DNA from: the human T2T-CHM13v2.0 reference genome, Homo sapiens
Length of the DNA stretch: 64,000 bases
Assembly: GCF_009914755.1 (NCBI RefSeq)
Contig: NC_060931.1
Reading direction: 5' to 3' (one strand)
The number at the start of each line of letters is the position of its first letter. Positions within the stretch are counted from its first letter, which is position 1. Shown here piece by piece: positions 31,991 to 43,720 of this stretch. The position numbers and the translations under genes were made by a program. The notes below the pieces were generated by a model. That model made no database searches and was not told where the DNA came from. It saw nothing but the letters and a program-made list of their open reading frames with translations.

Positions 31991-34900
31991 ACTAGCATAA
32001 TCAAAGAAACATGAAAAAATGGTATAATCATATCATCTGAGGACCATTGCTGTAGAAATATTTTAAATTGTTGTGAGATTATTTGAAAGAAAGCTGTTTA
32101 ATATAATTGCTAGTTAGCATATTTAAAATACTATAGAATTTTAAGTCAGCCTTTGGTTGGTTTTCAGAATGCAGACTTCAGTCTTCAGGCTTTAAGTAAT
32201 CATGTAAAGCAACTAAATATACTTCTTTCTTCCTAGATAGTTAATATGATTGTCATTACATCAACCAATGTAAGAATTTGCTTATCACATACAAAAGAAA
32301 ATTAGATTTGGCACTTGAACCTATCATATGTAAACAGTTGATCTCTTATTGGTATATTGCAAAGAAGAAATGAATAATTGCAAGGTCTAAAACATAGTTC
32401 ACCATTAAAAATAAGTATCTGAATTATAATATTATGATTGGATGGTACCTTATATAGAAAGCCTCTGGCTTTGACACAAGAAAAATTGAATGTTTCTAAG
32501 TGTATTGAAATTGTAGTCATTGCAGCCTAAACTTGTCTTTCTGGCAGATAATTGCTTTTCATGCACCTTAGAGGTGGGTATAAACTGAAATTTCAAGTAC
32601 TGCTTCTGGGTTATGTTTATTTCCTGAAAAATGGAACCAATAAGAGGCTTGTTTCAAAATTCCACATGTCAATTTTATAGTGTTAGAATGCCTTTGACAC
32701 AAAACAAAATATTTGACTTGTAATTCATCTGTTTATATTGGGTCTTCAGTTAAAAAATATATTTTTATGTATTGAAGAAAATTCCATCACCCAAAGGAAT
32801 TTGTTCTTGACTCTTATCTTTATTGATTGAAGTGGGATTCTAAAAATCCATCTAGGTGAAAACACATCGTCCAGATTTTCCTGGCCATCATATTCTAAGA
32901 GACAAATGAATTTTATAATTAACCATGGAAATTACCTATTCAGTAGCTAAAATAATCTTGTGTGGGCTATGGTTTTGATAAAAGAAAAATTCTGGCCTGA
33001 ATTATGTTTATTACTTATGAATGACTTTCAAATGCTTCCAAAATTTGCATTCAGACCATGGACAGTAACTAACTCTCTTCTTGGTTTAGTAAAAACAAAA
33101 CAAAACAAAAAAAACAAACCAAAACAAACAAACTTAATAAGGATGGAGCGTTCACTCTAAGAACAGGTACCATGGGTAAAAACTCTGTTTGGTAACTCCT
33201 CCATCCCTCAAACTCCCTCCTCCCCTCACCTCACCCAAATACGTGACACATTTTCCTCCATGTACTAAGTAGATACTTACTGATTGCTGTGATTGATAAG
33301 ACAAACCATACCCTTAAAAACATTACTTCTTGCAGTTTGATTGACTCTTGAGATTGAAACAAAGGAAAAGAAGAACTGTGCTCATATTAATAAGCTACTT
33401 GAAAGTTACAGTGGATGATATAATTTCTGATGAAATGTTAGCCCAGATGAAAATATGCTTAAGTATTTACATATTCAGTATAACATGGCCCTTCTCAGCT
33501 CTGTAATCATGGTGTACTTCTATAGGCTGAATTTAGAAATAGATATTAGTTACGATATGAATTCATGAGATTCATTTTTAACAAAGTAGAGTTTATATTA
33601 TTAAATAGCACTTGGCTATTCTAAGCTATTACTTTTGGAGATGAAACACATACACATGAATTACAGAATTGACTTCAGGGTCAGTTGCTAGCTTGGGATA
33701 AAATAAACCTTTTGATTAACACACATTATTTTTAAAATCAAAATAATGGTAACATTTGTTTGTTTGTTAGGTCAACTTGCTGACCAGTATTGGCTCTAAA
33801 TGACTTTTGGCCATTTCCTAAAATTGCATTTATCTAAGAATTATATAAATTTGTCACCAATGATGATATTCAAATAAACTTTCCTTAGATCTTTTCTGAA
33901 TAGGAACCCTAAAACTGTGAGTGACAATGTGCATTTGATGGAAATATGGAATAACCAGAAGTTAAGTTAAAATGGGACGTTGAAGATAGTATTATTCTAG
34001 CTTATATTTCACTGATAGGAAAAGTGAGACTAAAATGATTTATGTAGGGCCAGACCATTGAGGTACTAAACCAAATGTTCATGATATTTGGGCTCACTGT
34101 CCTCTGCCATACTGCCTTGAAAATTAAATATATGTTATTGACATATTTTGAACACCTGAGTCACTTCATTTTACATTTATACATTTAATATTATTTCTTA
34201 AAAACAGAAGTATATACGATTATTTTAATGCAACTTTTATTTCTACTTTTTTTTTTCTTTTCCTCAAAGAAAACAAACACAATTGTACTTAGCAGCATAT
34301 GATTAGAGAGGATTGACTTGAGTCCCAGCTTTTCAGATAGCTTTTCAGATTATTCATTTTCATGTGAATTTTTATACTCTGATATGAAAGGTAGGATGCT
34401 CTTCCCTGAGATTACTTTGGTTCACTGGAACTGTCACTGCTGGCTGGTAGGAAATAATGGCTTTGACTTTAAGTAGCCACATCTTGTAGACAGTTAAAAG
34501 TATTTATTGACAGAATGTTAAGTGATGCATTTCATAGTGGAGACTCATTTTATAGAACGACATTAGGCAGAAGTATTCTTAAACTAATGAGTTATTATTT
34601 GTACATTAGAATCAATAATAGAAAACTTGTTAAACATTCTATAAATAGTAAATGTAGAACTCAAATCAAAATTTTCCTTACTTTCCTAAATAACTTAGAA
34701 GCATGAAACATGAAGGAGAGTTTTGAAATTTTAAAAAATGTTAATTTGCTCAATACGAACATATCACATTGATAGTTTATTATACATATTTTGATGTGTG
34801 CTTTCCATAAGTACCCCAGTTTCTCCTTTTTATCCTATAATAATCTGAATGGAAAAACAGACACATGCTCCTAAATTGTATACTGAATTCTAAAGAGAAA

Positions 34901-35711
34901 AAGTTTCAGTCAAAAGTTTTAATTATAGCAATCAGTCACAAAGAAAGTTCAGAAAACTTATAAAAAAACTTCAATATTTTAAAATTATAGTGGCCATAGG
35001 GAACACTCATATGAACATTGTGAAATCAGGGAAAAATAAAGCCTTAGTTTTATTGTGAAAGCAACATTCTGTGTATATACAATTGCAGAATTACTATGAA
35101 ATGTGGAAAAATAGAAGGATTTGTGTTTGCAACAAACAGTGTTTTAAACAATTTGCTTTACAATTATTTAGAAAAGTTCTATGATGGCATAATGCCTGAT
35201 GTCTAGAGCATAATAGAGTGTTATTATGCTTATTATTGCTTGCTGTTTTATTTTGTATTTGAAATTACAAACCAAAACACTGGCAATGGTACAATTAATA
35301 CCTGATCAATGGAATTCTTCATCTGGTAAAAAGTCTTGGCCTGCTCTGCTTTACCCACAATAACTATTAGATTAAAGACAAGTGAAACTACGAATAACAA
35401 AACCAGAGTGATATCTAGCACAATGGCCATTGATAAGAAGGGTTGCATATAAAGAAAGCATGCTTGAAATCAGAGGCTAAAATACATTTCTACATTGAAG
35501 CTCAAAGTGAAGAGGAGTATAGAATTTGTCATTCTATATTTACCTAGTTTCTGTAGACAAAAAGTTTATTATCAAAGTTTTTATGTTGTATAATGACATA
35601 CAAAAATTATTGAAAACCAGCTACCAAGTGTTATAGCTAATCTAATTTCATTTCATTGTTGTAGAGATTGTTTGAAATACAACCATCCAGAAATAAACAC
35701 TGAGTTTCTAT

Positions 35712-36207
35712 CTGGTGACAGCCATGAAGGTGCATCTCTCACATCTCCACCTATAGGGAGCATAATTGAACCAGGATCTAGCTGTTTCACTCGGAAATCC
35801 ATGTTGGCATTTGCATAAGGCCTTGCTCCCCTTCGGCTTCTCCTAGCCAATGCCTGAGCACATCTTGGAATATTAAACCAGGCTTGTTTCTGGGAGATAC
35901 TGGCCTCCATTGACAGGCAACTCTGGCTTGGAGACTCCTCAACAGTCCTGCCAAACTTTCCTTAGAACTCATCTGTAGTCTAAGACTCTTCTACACCTTC
36001 TTTCCCCTCCTCTGCATCTCCTCCCCTGCCTCCCCTCTCTTTTCCTCCCTTCTTCATTTGGGGTTAGACATGCATTTCAGGCTGATGATTCTCCTGGTCT
36101 TCCCCAGCTGGCTGCTCATCTTATCTTATTGGTGATTCACCTAATACATTTGTTGTAAGTTTAACTTCATTTTGATGTGTGTTGCTTGGAAGACCCCTGC
36201 TAACACA
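35712..36207 (+). mobile_element. LTR16B-like ERVL solo LTR
   Basis: cagccatgaaggtgc...ggagcataattga...agccaatgcctgagcac...tttccttagaactc...tagtctaagactcttc...ctaacaca terminus. Confidence 0.8.
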
Positions 36208-36803
36208 TATCCCTATCTAAATGATTCCTATGATTGCAAAAATTTTCTGAGTGTAGCTCTTAGATATTTCATCTAACTGAACTAGCTTACATTGCTGTAA
36301 CATATATTTGGATTATTGCTTTAAAAAATGCAGTTAGTATCCATATTTATTAAGACTTTAAAAAACATTAAGACACTGATGTTCTTTGAAAACTCTCAGC
36401 AAAGTCAGATTGCCATGAACCTTACACATTTTTAGCACTGTTTTATTCTGAAAGCAAGTGTTCATACATTTCCATATGCCGGTTTCTCACCATGGAATAA
36501 TCTCCTCCCTTTTCTTTCTCTTGTAAATGCCTATATTTTTCAATATCCAATTCCACCTTCAGCAAAAGTTAGTTTCTTCAGCTGGAATTTCAATATACTA
36601 TAATGATAATACTAAAACACAGCAGTCTTTATGAGAAAAGATAAGGACTTGTTCATTTGTAGATATAGTGATTTGCTTATGTAAATTCAAAACAAAATTT
36701 GCTAAATTCAAAAATGGGAAAAGTAGCTGTCTAAAAGGCAAGGAATTTTGGGGGTACAGGGAAAACTTTTTATTAAAATTTTAGAACAGGGAAAAATCTA
36801 TGA

Positions 36804-37216
<413 letters not shown>

Positions 37217-37240
37217 GATGTTAGCTTTTAACTCAGTTGC

Positions 37241-37586
37241 TGTATTAGTCTGTTCAAATGCTGCTATGAAGAAATACCTGAGACTGGGTAATTTATAAAG
37301 AAAAGAGTTTTAATTGACTCACGTTCTGCATGGCTGGGGAGGTCTCAGGAGACTTACAATCATGGTGGAAGGGGAAGCAAATACATCCTTCTTCACGAGG
37401 TGGCAGAAAGGAGAAGTGCCAGCAGGGGAAATGCCAGACGCTTATAAAACCATCAGATCTTGTGAAAACTCACTCACTATCACGAGATCCAATCACTTTC
37501 CAACAGGTCCCTCCCATGACACCTGGGGATTATGGGAACTGCAAGTCAAGATGAGATTTGGGTGGGGACATGGTGAAACCATATCA
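37241..37586 (-). mobile_element. THE1 (C/D-like) MaLR solo LTR
   Basis: tgtattagtctgtt...gagactgggtaatttataaag...gatgagatttgggtggggac...ccatatca; 5-bp TSD gttgc / attgc. Confidence 0.93.
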
Positions 37587-37599
37587 ATTGCCTGTTTTT

Positions 37600-38060
37600 T
37601 AAGAACTTAGTTTAAACTCAAATGTATATCACCAAACTTAACTTTCCCCTTTATCTCTTCATCCAACCAAAAATTTTCTTTTAATTCATGACATTAATCA
37701 GGTAGGCTTAAAATTTCTTCTGACCTCTTCCTCTTTATGATTTCTTATATTCAGAAAATTACTTGTGAATTCTCTGAAATACATTGTAATCTATTACTTC
37801 CTTTCTGTTATCACATCCTCTACACTGATTAGGGACCTTACAGCCTTGTATTCCACCAGACTATTTCTTCTCTTCTAATATCCTAACATTTCACATGCCT
37901 GCAATTTAAACTTCTCAAAGTATCTTTTGAATTGTGTGCTTTTCATACTAAAGTTTTTCAATGGCTCTTCCTTCCTCACTGAATAAAACCTAAACCTCTT
38001 TGCCTGGCATTTCCATTTCTAAAATCTGGCTCCAAACTACCCTTCCAAATTTATCTCCCT
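37600..38060 (+). mobile_element. L2 relic
   Basis: tcaatggctcttcc...gaataaaacctaaacctctttgcctggcatt...tctggctccaaactacc. Confidence 0.55.
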
Positions 38061-38082
38061 CTTGAAAATATTGTGTGACCCT

Positions 38083-38270
38083 TTGGTTCTGAAAAGCTAA
38101 AAGGTATAAAAAATTAGGGGAGCTGGTTAAAAGTTAAGACTTCTGGTCTTACAACTCCAGAGATTCTGGAACAAAAGTTTGAGGGTGGGGTCATTGTCTC
38201 TGCCATTTGTGTATATTTTCCAAGTGACTCTGATATGGGTGGTCATCATATTACACTAGGAGAAACACTT
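38083..38270. mobile_element. MER5-family MITE
   Basis: tggttctgaaa...ggagctggttaaaa...ccagagattctg...ccaagtgactctgatatgggtggtc...gagaaacact. Confidence 0.55.
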
Positions 38271-41200
38271 ACATTTAGCTAAAACTGAATAGTTTTTCTT
38301 GGTGAGCACTGCTTTTTCTTTTCTGTCTCTTTAGATGGGTCTATATTGCCCTCTCATCAAGAAAAAACTGTTTTCATCCATGTATTTTTTCATTAATTCA
38401 TTAATTCATTCATTCATTTATTCATTTGTACAAGCCTACTCTGAGTCGTGCTGAAAATAACTGCCCCATTCAGCGTTCCATAAAACAAATGTTCCTATTT
38501 TCTTTTAATAAATAATTGCTTAAGCAGTTGAAACAAATATTTTACACCTGGTGATATTCATTTGTTGCTAATTTAGTTATGTCTTATATTGTAACTATGA
38601 AGAAAAGACTCATGAAATTGCTTTTGGCAAATCCTTCAGCTACCTAGAAAATTCATATGGTTCCCATACGCAGACTTTTAGATGGATTTAGAAGCTAAAA
38701 CTATTTTAATGTAAAGTTTCCTTACATGGTTTGCAAAACATCCTGATATTTTAAAATTCTATTTTATTATCAAATGTGTAACAGGAAGGGGTCATCCAAG
38801 GATTGAAACATTGTACCTGGGTGTGAGTAGCAAGGTCCCTTAACCATGTTCTGGAATAGCCCATTAAAATATTTGGCAACAAATGTTTTTGGAATGCTTA
38901 TTGTTTGGACCTACTAAAGTGAAATATTTGTTAAAAATGGTTAATCAGCAAGTACTCTAAGGAGAAGAAGCCATCTGTGAGCCTGGATGCTCACTTCTGC
39001 CCTTGTAATTTCTGCAGGTTGAAGAACCTCTGGAGTAGCCTGACAGTTACTATCTGAAACATTCTTCATATAATACATCCACACTTCTAACATGTTTCCT
39101 GAACCTCTCTCCTAACTGAAAACATCACCATCTTCCCCAAAACCTGAGCTGTCTCAAAAAACAATTTTCTTTCTGATCTACTTATTTGGCATCTGGTATC
39201 CATCTGAATGCACATGTGGTGAACGTGCATCAGCAACCCAAGAGGGCAGTAAAAACTTACCCACAAAGATGATTTCCTTGTTTGACTTCCTCCCTATTTC
39301 AAGGTGTAAATCAAGTGTTGCTCCAGAATGGATAGCTTCTGCCACAATGATGGAAATAAAGTTTCTGTGTGTGGTTTTGTGTGTGTCTCTGTGTATGAAA
39401 TAGAGTTAAATGGCTTGAGAGTATATAAAAATAAAACAATAAATGGGGAAATAACTTATAATAACATTATGACATTTTCCTTCCAAATTCTTTATTGTCA
39501 TATTTAAATTATAACCCAGTAGTTTAAATTGTGAATTCTTAGATCAATATGAAAGTACATAAAAAGAAAAAAATTAATCTTCGTAACAACAAAGATTTTC
39601 TCCTCTGTCTTTGCTTAGTATCATGAATGGTGTAAGATATCAATTCTGCTTTAAAAACAACAGCTCTACAGACAGCTTCCTAGAGTTGAGATCGCCGATC
39701 ATTTTAATTTTCTTTAAAGCTGATTCTGCAATCAGTGCTCACTATACAAAGATGATGTTCTAAGAACCAAATGAAATTGGGCTGTTTCTAACTTGCTACA
39801 TTTTTCATCCTCCTCCTTAAACACAATCATGAAAGTATTTAAGTGAAAAAGAGGAATGATGACTTAAATGTTTGAGGATGACTCATAGTGTTGAGGGGCT
39901 ATGCTAGATCTAAAATTTTCATTTGAAATTTTCAAATGGAACAATCCCTTCCTGTAGTTAATAAATCATTAGACATACTACGCATTTTTCACTTGACATC
40001 AGAGTTTTTATGTTGAATTTTCATTTCAGTTTAAGGTTCGCCTTTGTCATCTTAAAATGTATCCTATTACAGAGAGAGAAACCTGGATAATATGCCTCCT
40101 CATTTAATATTCAGTCTTTCCTCAAGCTTACAGACACTGTAAGCCCCGGAGAGCACTGCCAAATGTCTACTTCTTATGGAGAACCCCTTTTCAGCAATAA
40201 GTTTTTATCCATTTGGCATGTTTCTGTAATATGCTTCTTTTTCAAAATTATGACCTCCCACATTACAAATGTTCTTTTTCTTTTTTTTTCCTCGGAAGAT
40301 AAGAATTTTAGATAGTATTCCTGTCTGTGAAACTACTCGGAACTCCAAAGAATCACTGGAAAAATAGCCACAGTTAAGGAGGTCAGGGTATAGTGAAATG
40401 AAACAAGGTAAGTCATACACTAATTGAGCCTAACTGCTTATGCTATAGAAAATACATTAGTCTTCTGATAAAATATGTCCAGCCAGTTGTTCCTGGTCTG
40501 GCAATAGTGTGGATCGACAATATGCCCTGGAATTGCTTTGTGATGCCTCCTTCCCCTAATTTAGACTGTACCTACACTTAATGCTCACTTTTAAAGTTCT
40601 GGCCAAAGGTCTAGAGAATAATTTTTCCCTGCATACTGCATAACATTTAAAACATTTAGTTCCTTGAAAAGTGCTATTGAGCTGTTTTACTGCGTGTTAA
40701 TAGATGAGGGAGTATGGTAGTTGTGATCATTCTTTTTTTAAAAAAGGAGTCAGTTTCAAAGCATAAAATGATTTTATTCTTGTAGGTTTTGCTTATAATT
40801 CAGCATTAAACATAATTTGAATCAATATAAAAAAAGAGGTCTGGTTATTATAGATGTGAGTTTTAAGAACCTTACACAGTACAGTCTATTATATCTGGCT
40901 CAGCAGTGGTGGTGATATGAGGTGTTTCACTTAATAACAAAAATAATATTGTAATAGGAAAATGAGACTCTATAAAGAAGTCCTGTTGGCACAAATGTAC
41001 AATAGCTTATGTTCAAAAGAAAAAAAATACACTAAGCCCCTTATTGTCTCACTATTATGCAACTCTTTAGACAGGGATCACTTAATGAGACCATTTCATA
41101 ATGACGGTATTTAGTATCTTAATAAATTATAAATAGTCCAAGATAATTCCTGCTTCATTCCAAATTTTATTTTGTAGTTAAAAAAACTATAGTAGAATAT

Positions 41201-41551
41201 ATGTCTTTGCATTTATACATATATGATAGGAGATATATGTATATATTTACATATATCATGGGACATATGTATATATATAAATAAAATGTAAGTACATTGC
41301 ATACATGCATGTAATATGTAATAAAGCACAGCCTGTACTCAAATGCTGAGCATATATTTGTAAGTTATTTGCATATTAAAAATTAGCATAAAGGTACATA
41401 TTACAAAAAGGAAAAATTAATGGATGAAGATGAATTGTCTGAAGTCGGAAAAAAATAAGACTCCCTTCTTTGGTGAAAACATCTATATTTCATTGTTCAA
41501 AGTGTCCCACTTATGTGGGTAGTACATACTTTCATACTCAACCAAAATTGC

Positions 41552-41669
41552 TTCCCTCCCTCCCTTCCTTCCTTCCCTCCCTCCTTTTCTCTCTCTCTCT
41601 CCCTTCCTTCTTTCCTTCCTTCCTCCCTCCCTCCCTTTCTCTCTCCCTTTCTTTCTTTTTCTTTCTTTC

Positions 41670-41721
<52 letters not shown>

Positions 41722-41757
41722 TCATTTCTTTCGTTCATTCTTTCTTTCTTCCTTCCT
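41552..41757. repeat. Compound pyrimidine microsatellite (CCTT/CCCT/CT/CTTT)n
   Basis: About 200 bp of almost pure C/T on the plus strand, directly visible. Confidence 0.95.
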
Positions 41758-42915
41758 CAGTAATAATTTTCTGAGGTCTCACAGATTTTTGTTAAATTGT
41801 CTTTGCTCAACTCTTTTACATTAGAAACACAGTATTTGTTCACTTTATAATATCTAGAAACTACCCAAAGATGCCTTTTTTTTTGTTTTCAGTAATTATA
41901 AACTCCTTGCTGTTTGTGGTACACTCTGCTAAGTTGTATGAATTTTTAAAAAGTTAAAAAGACACAGTTCCTACAGTAAGAAACATACAGTACTAGTGGT
42001 AAAGAGGGACAGGTGATGAGGTATTTAAAAGTCTGTGAAGCAAAGGCCAGTGCAAGAGGGGCACCAACCTGCCCTGGAGGTTGAGGAAGAGGTCCTGGAG
42101 AAGGTTGCACTCTGCAATGTCTGAAACCAGGAGGTCTATTAATTTTTTCCACAGTGTAATTTATTAAAATGATGTATTTATGTAAGTTTGTCTCATCATA
42201 TTTGCATTATGTTAATAAATGCAGATTTTATTTTTAAAAATACCCCTCTCCTAGCAATTCTGTCTCTGAAATGTTTCCCATCCATGCTGCCTGATTCTCT
42301 AAAGGGCATTATAGTCTCTGCATGCATATCTCATAGGACCTACACTAAAAGGTCCACCTTTTATGGAGAAACAGTTAGAAAGTCAACTTCCAGTCTGGAG
42401 AACAATGTTACTGTGGGAAAATAATCACAAAAATCCTTTTCATATTATCTTTACTTCTGTTTTCTAAGTTGAGAAAAAAAGTGCTGATTTCTGACTATTT
42501 CCTACATTCTATTTTCTAAGTTTCTGTTTTTCCCTTGTAGTGTGGCTAAGACATTTTGGTAACAGTGTAACTTCTGTGTCACACATGGAGATGAAGAGGG
42601 AACAACTGTAGCAGGGTCATATTTGTAAAACAAAGAGCAGGGCATATACTACTATTCTCTAAGTTCTGAAGATAGTGCCCGTTTTTTATGTAATACATCA
42701 GTCCATTGACTACTGTTTATTATACCAAGGCAGAAACTAAAAAGTGATCTGAGGACACTCCTTTAAGAATGAAACAAACAGCAACATACTATCAAATGTC
42801 AAAGGCACAGGGCTAAAATGAATAGATGAGATGTGTTTTTGCTAGCTCAGGGTTTTCTGCTTCTTTATCGATGGGCCAAATGAAACATTTTGATGGCTAT
42901 TATTAAAGACTTAGG

Positions 42916-43332
<417 letters not shown>

Positions 43333-43406
43333 CTAAAACTATAGTATAATTTGCCTCAATTACTGATAATTGTAATTTTCTAATGTAAAACTAATAATTC
43401 AGACTG

Positions 43407-43477
43407 ATAAATTTACTATATGTAATCGTAAGTACATACATAAATTTACTATATGTATATGTAAGTACATACATAAA
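43407..43477. repeat. 33-bp tandem duplication
   Basis: ataaatttactatatgtaatcgtaagtacatac followed by ataaatttactatatgtatatgtaagtacatac ataaa. Confidence 0.9.
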
Positions 43478-43479
43478 AT

Positions 43480-43720
43480 GACAGTTATAATAAGAGCTTA
43501 GCTTTCTAAAACAATAATAGACCAAAACCTGTTTGAAATGCTTTTCATAAACTCAATTAATCCTTATAAGGAAGCTATAAGATAAATTCAGTTATAATTT
43601 CGTTTTTACAGAAGAGAGAACCAAAGCATAGAGAGGTTAGGTAACTTACTCAAGATCACACAGCCAGTCAATGGTATGGTCAGAATTCAAACCCACTCAG
43701 CCTGGCTCCAGAGTTGGCAT
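43480..43720 (-). mobile_element. MIR SINE
   Basis: tttttacagaagagagaaccaaagcatagagaggttaggtaacttactcaagatcacacagccagt...ttcaaaccc. Confidence 0.8.

Noticed and set aside
41470-41824. Four overlapping F/L/S- or K/E/R-rich ORFs
   Set aside because: Artefacts of the pyrimidine microsatellite.
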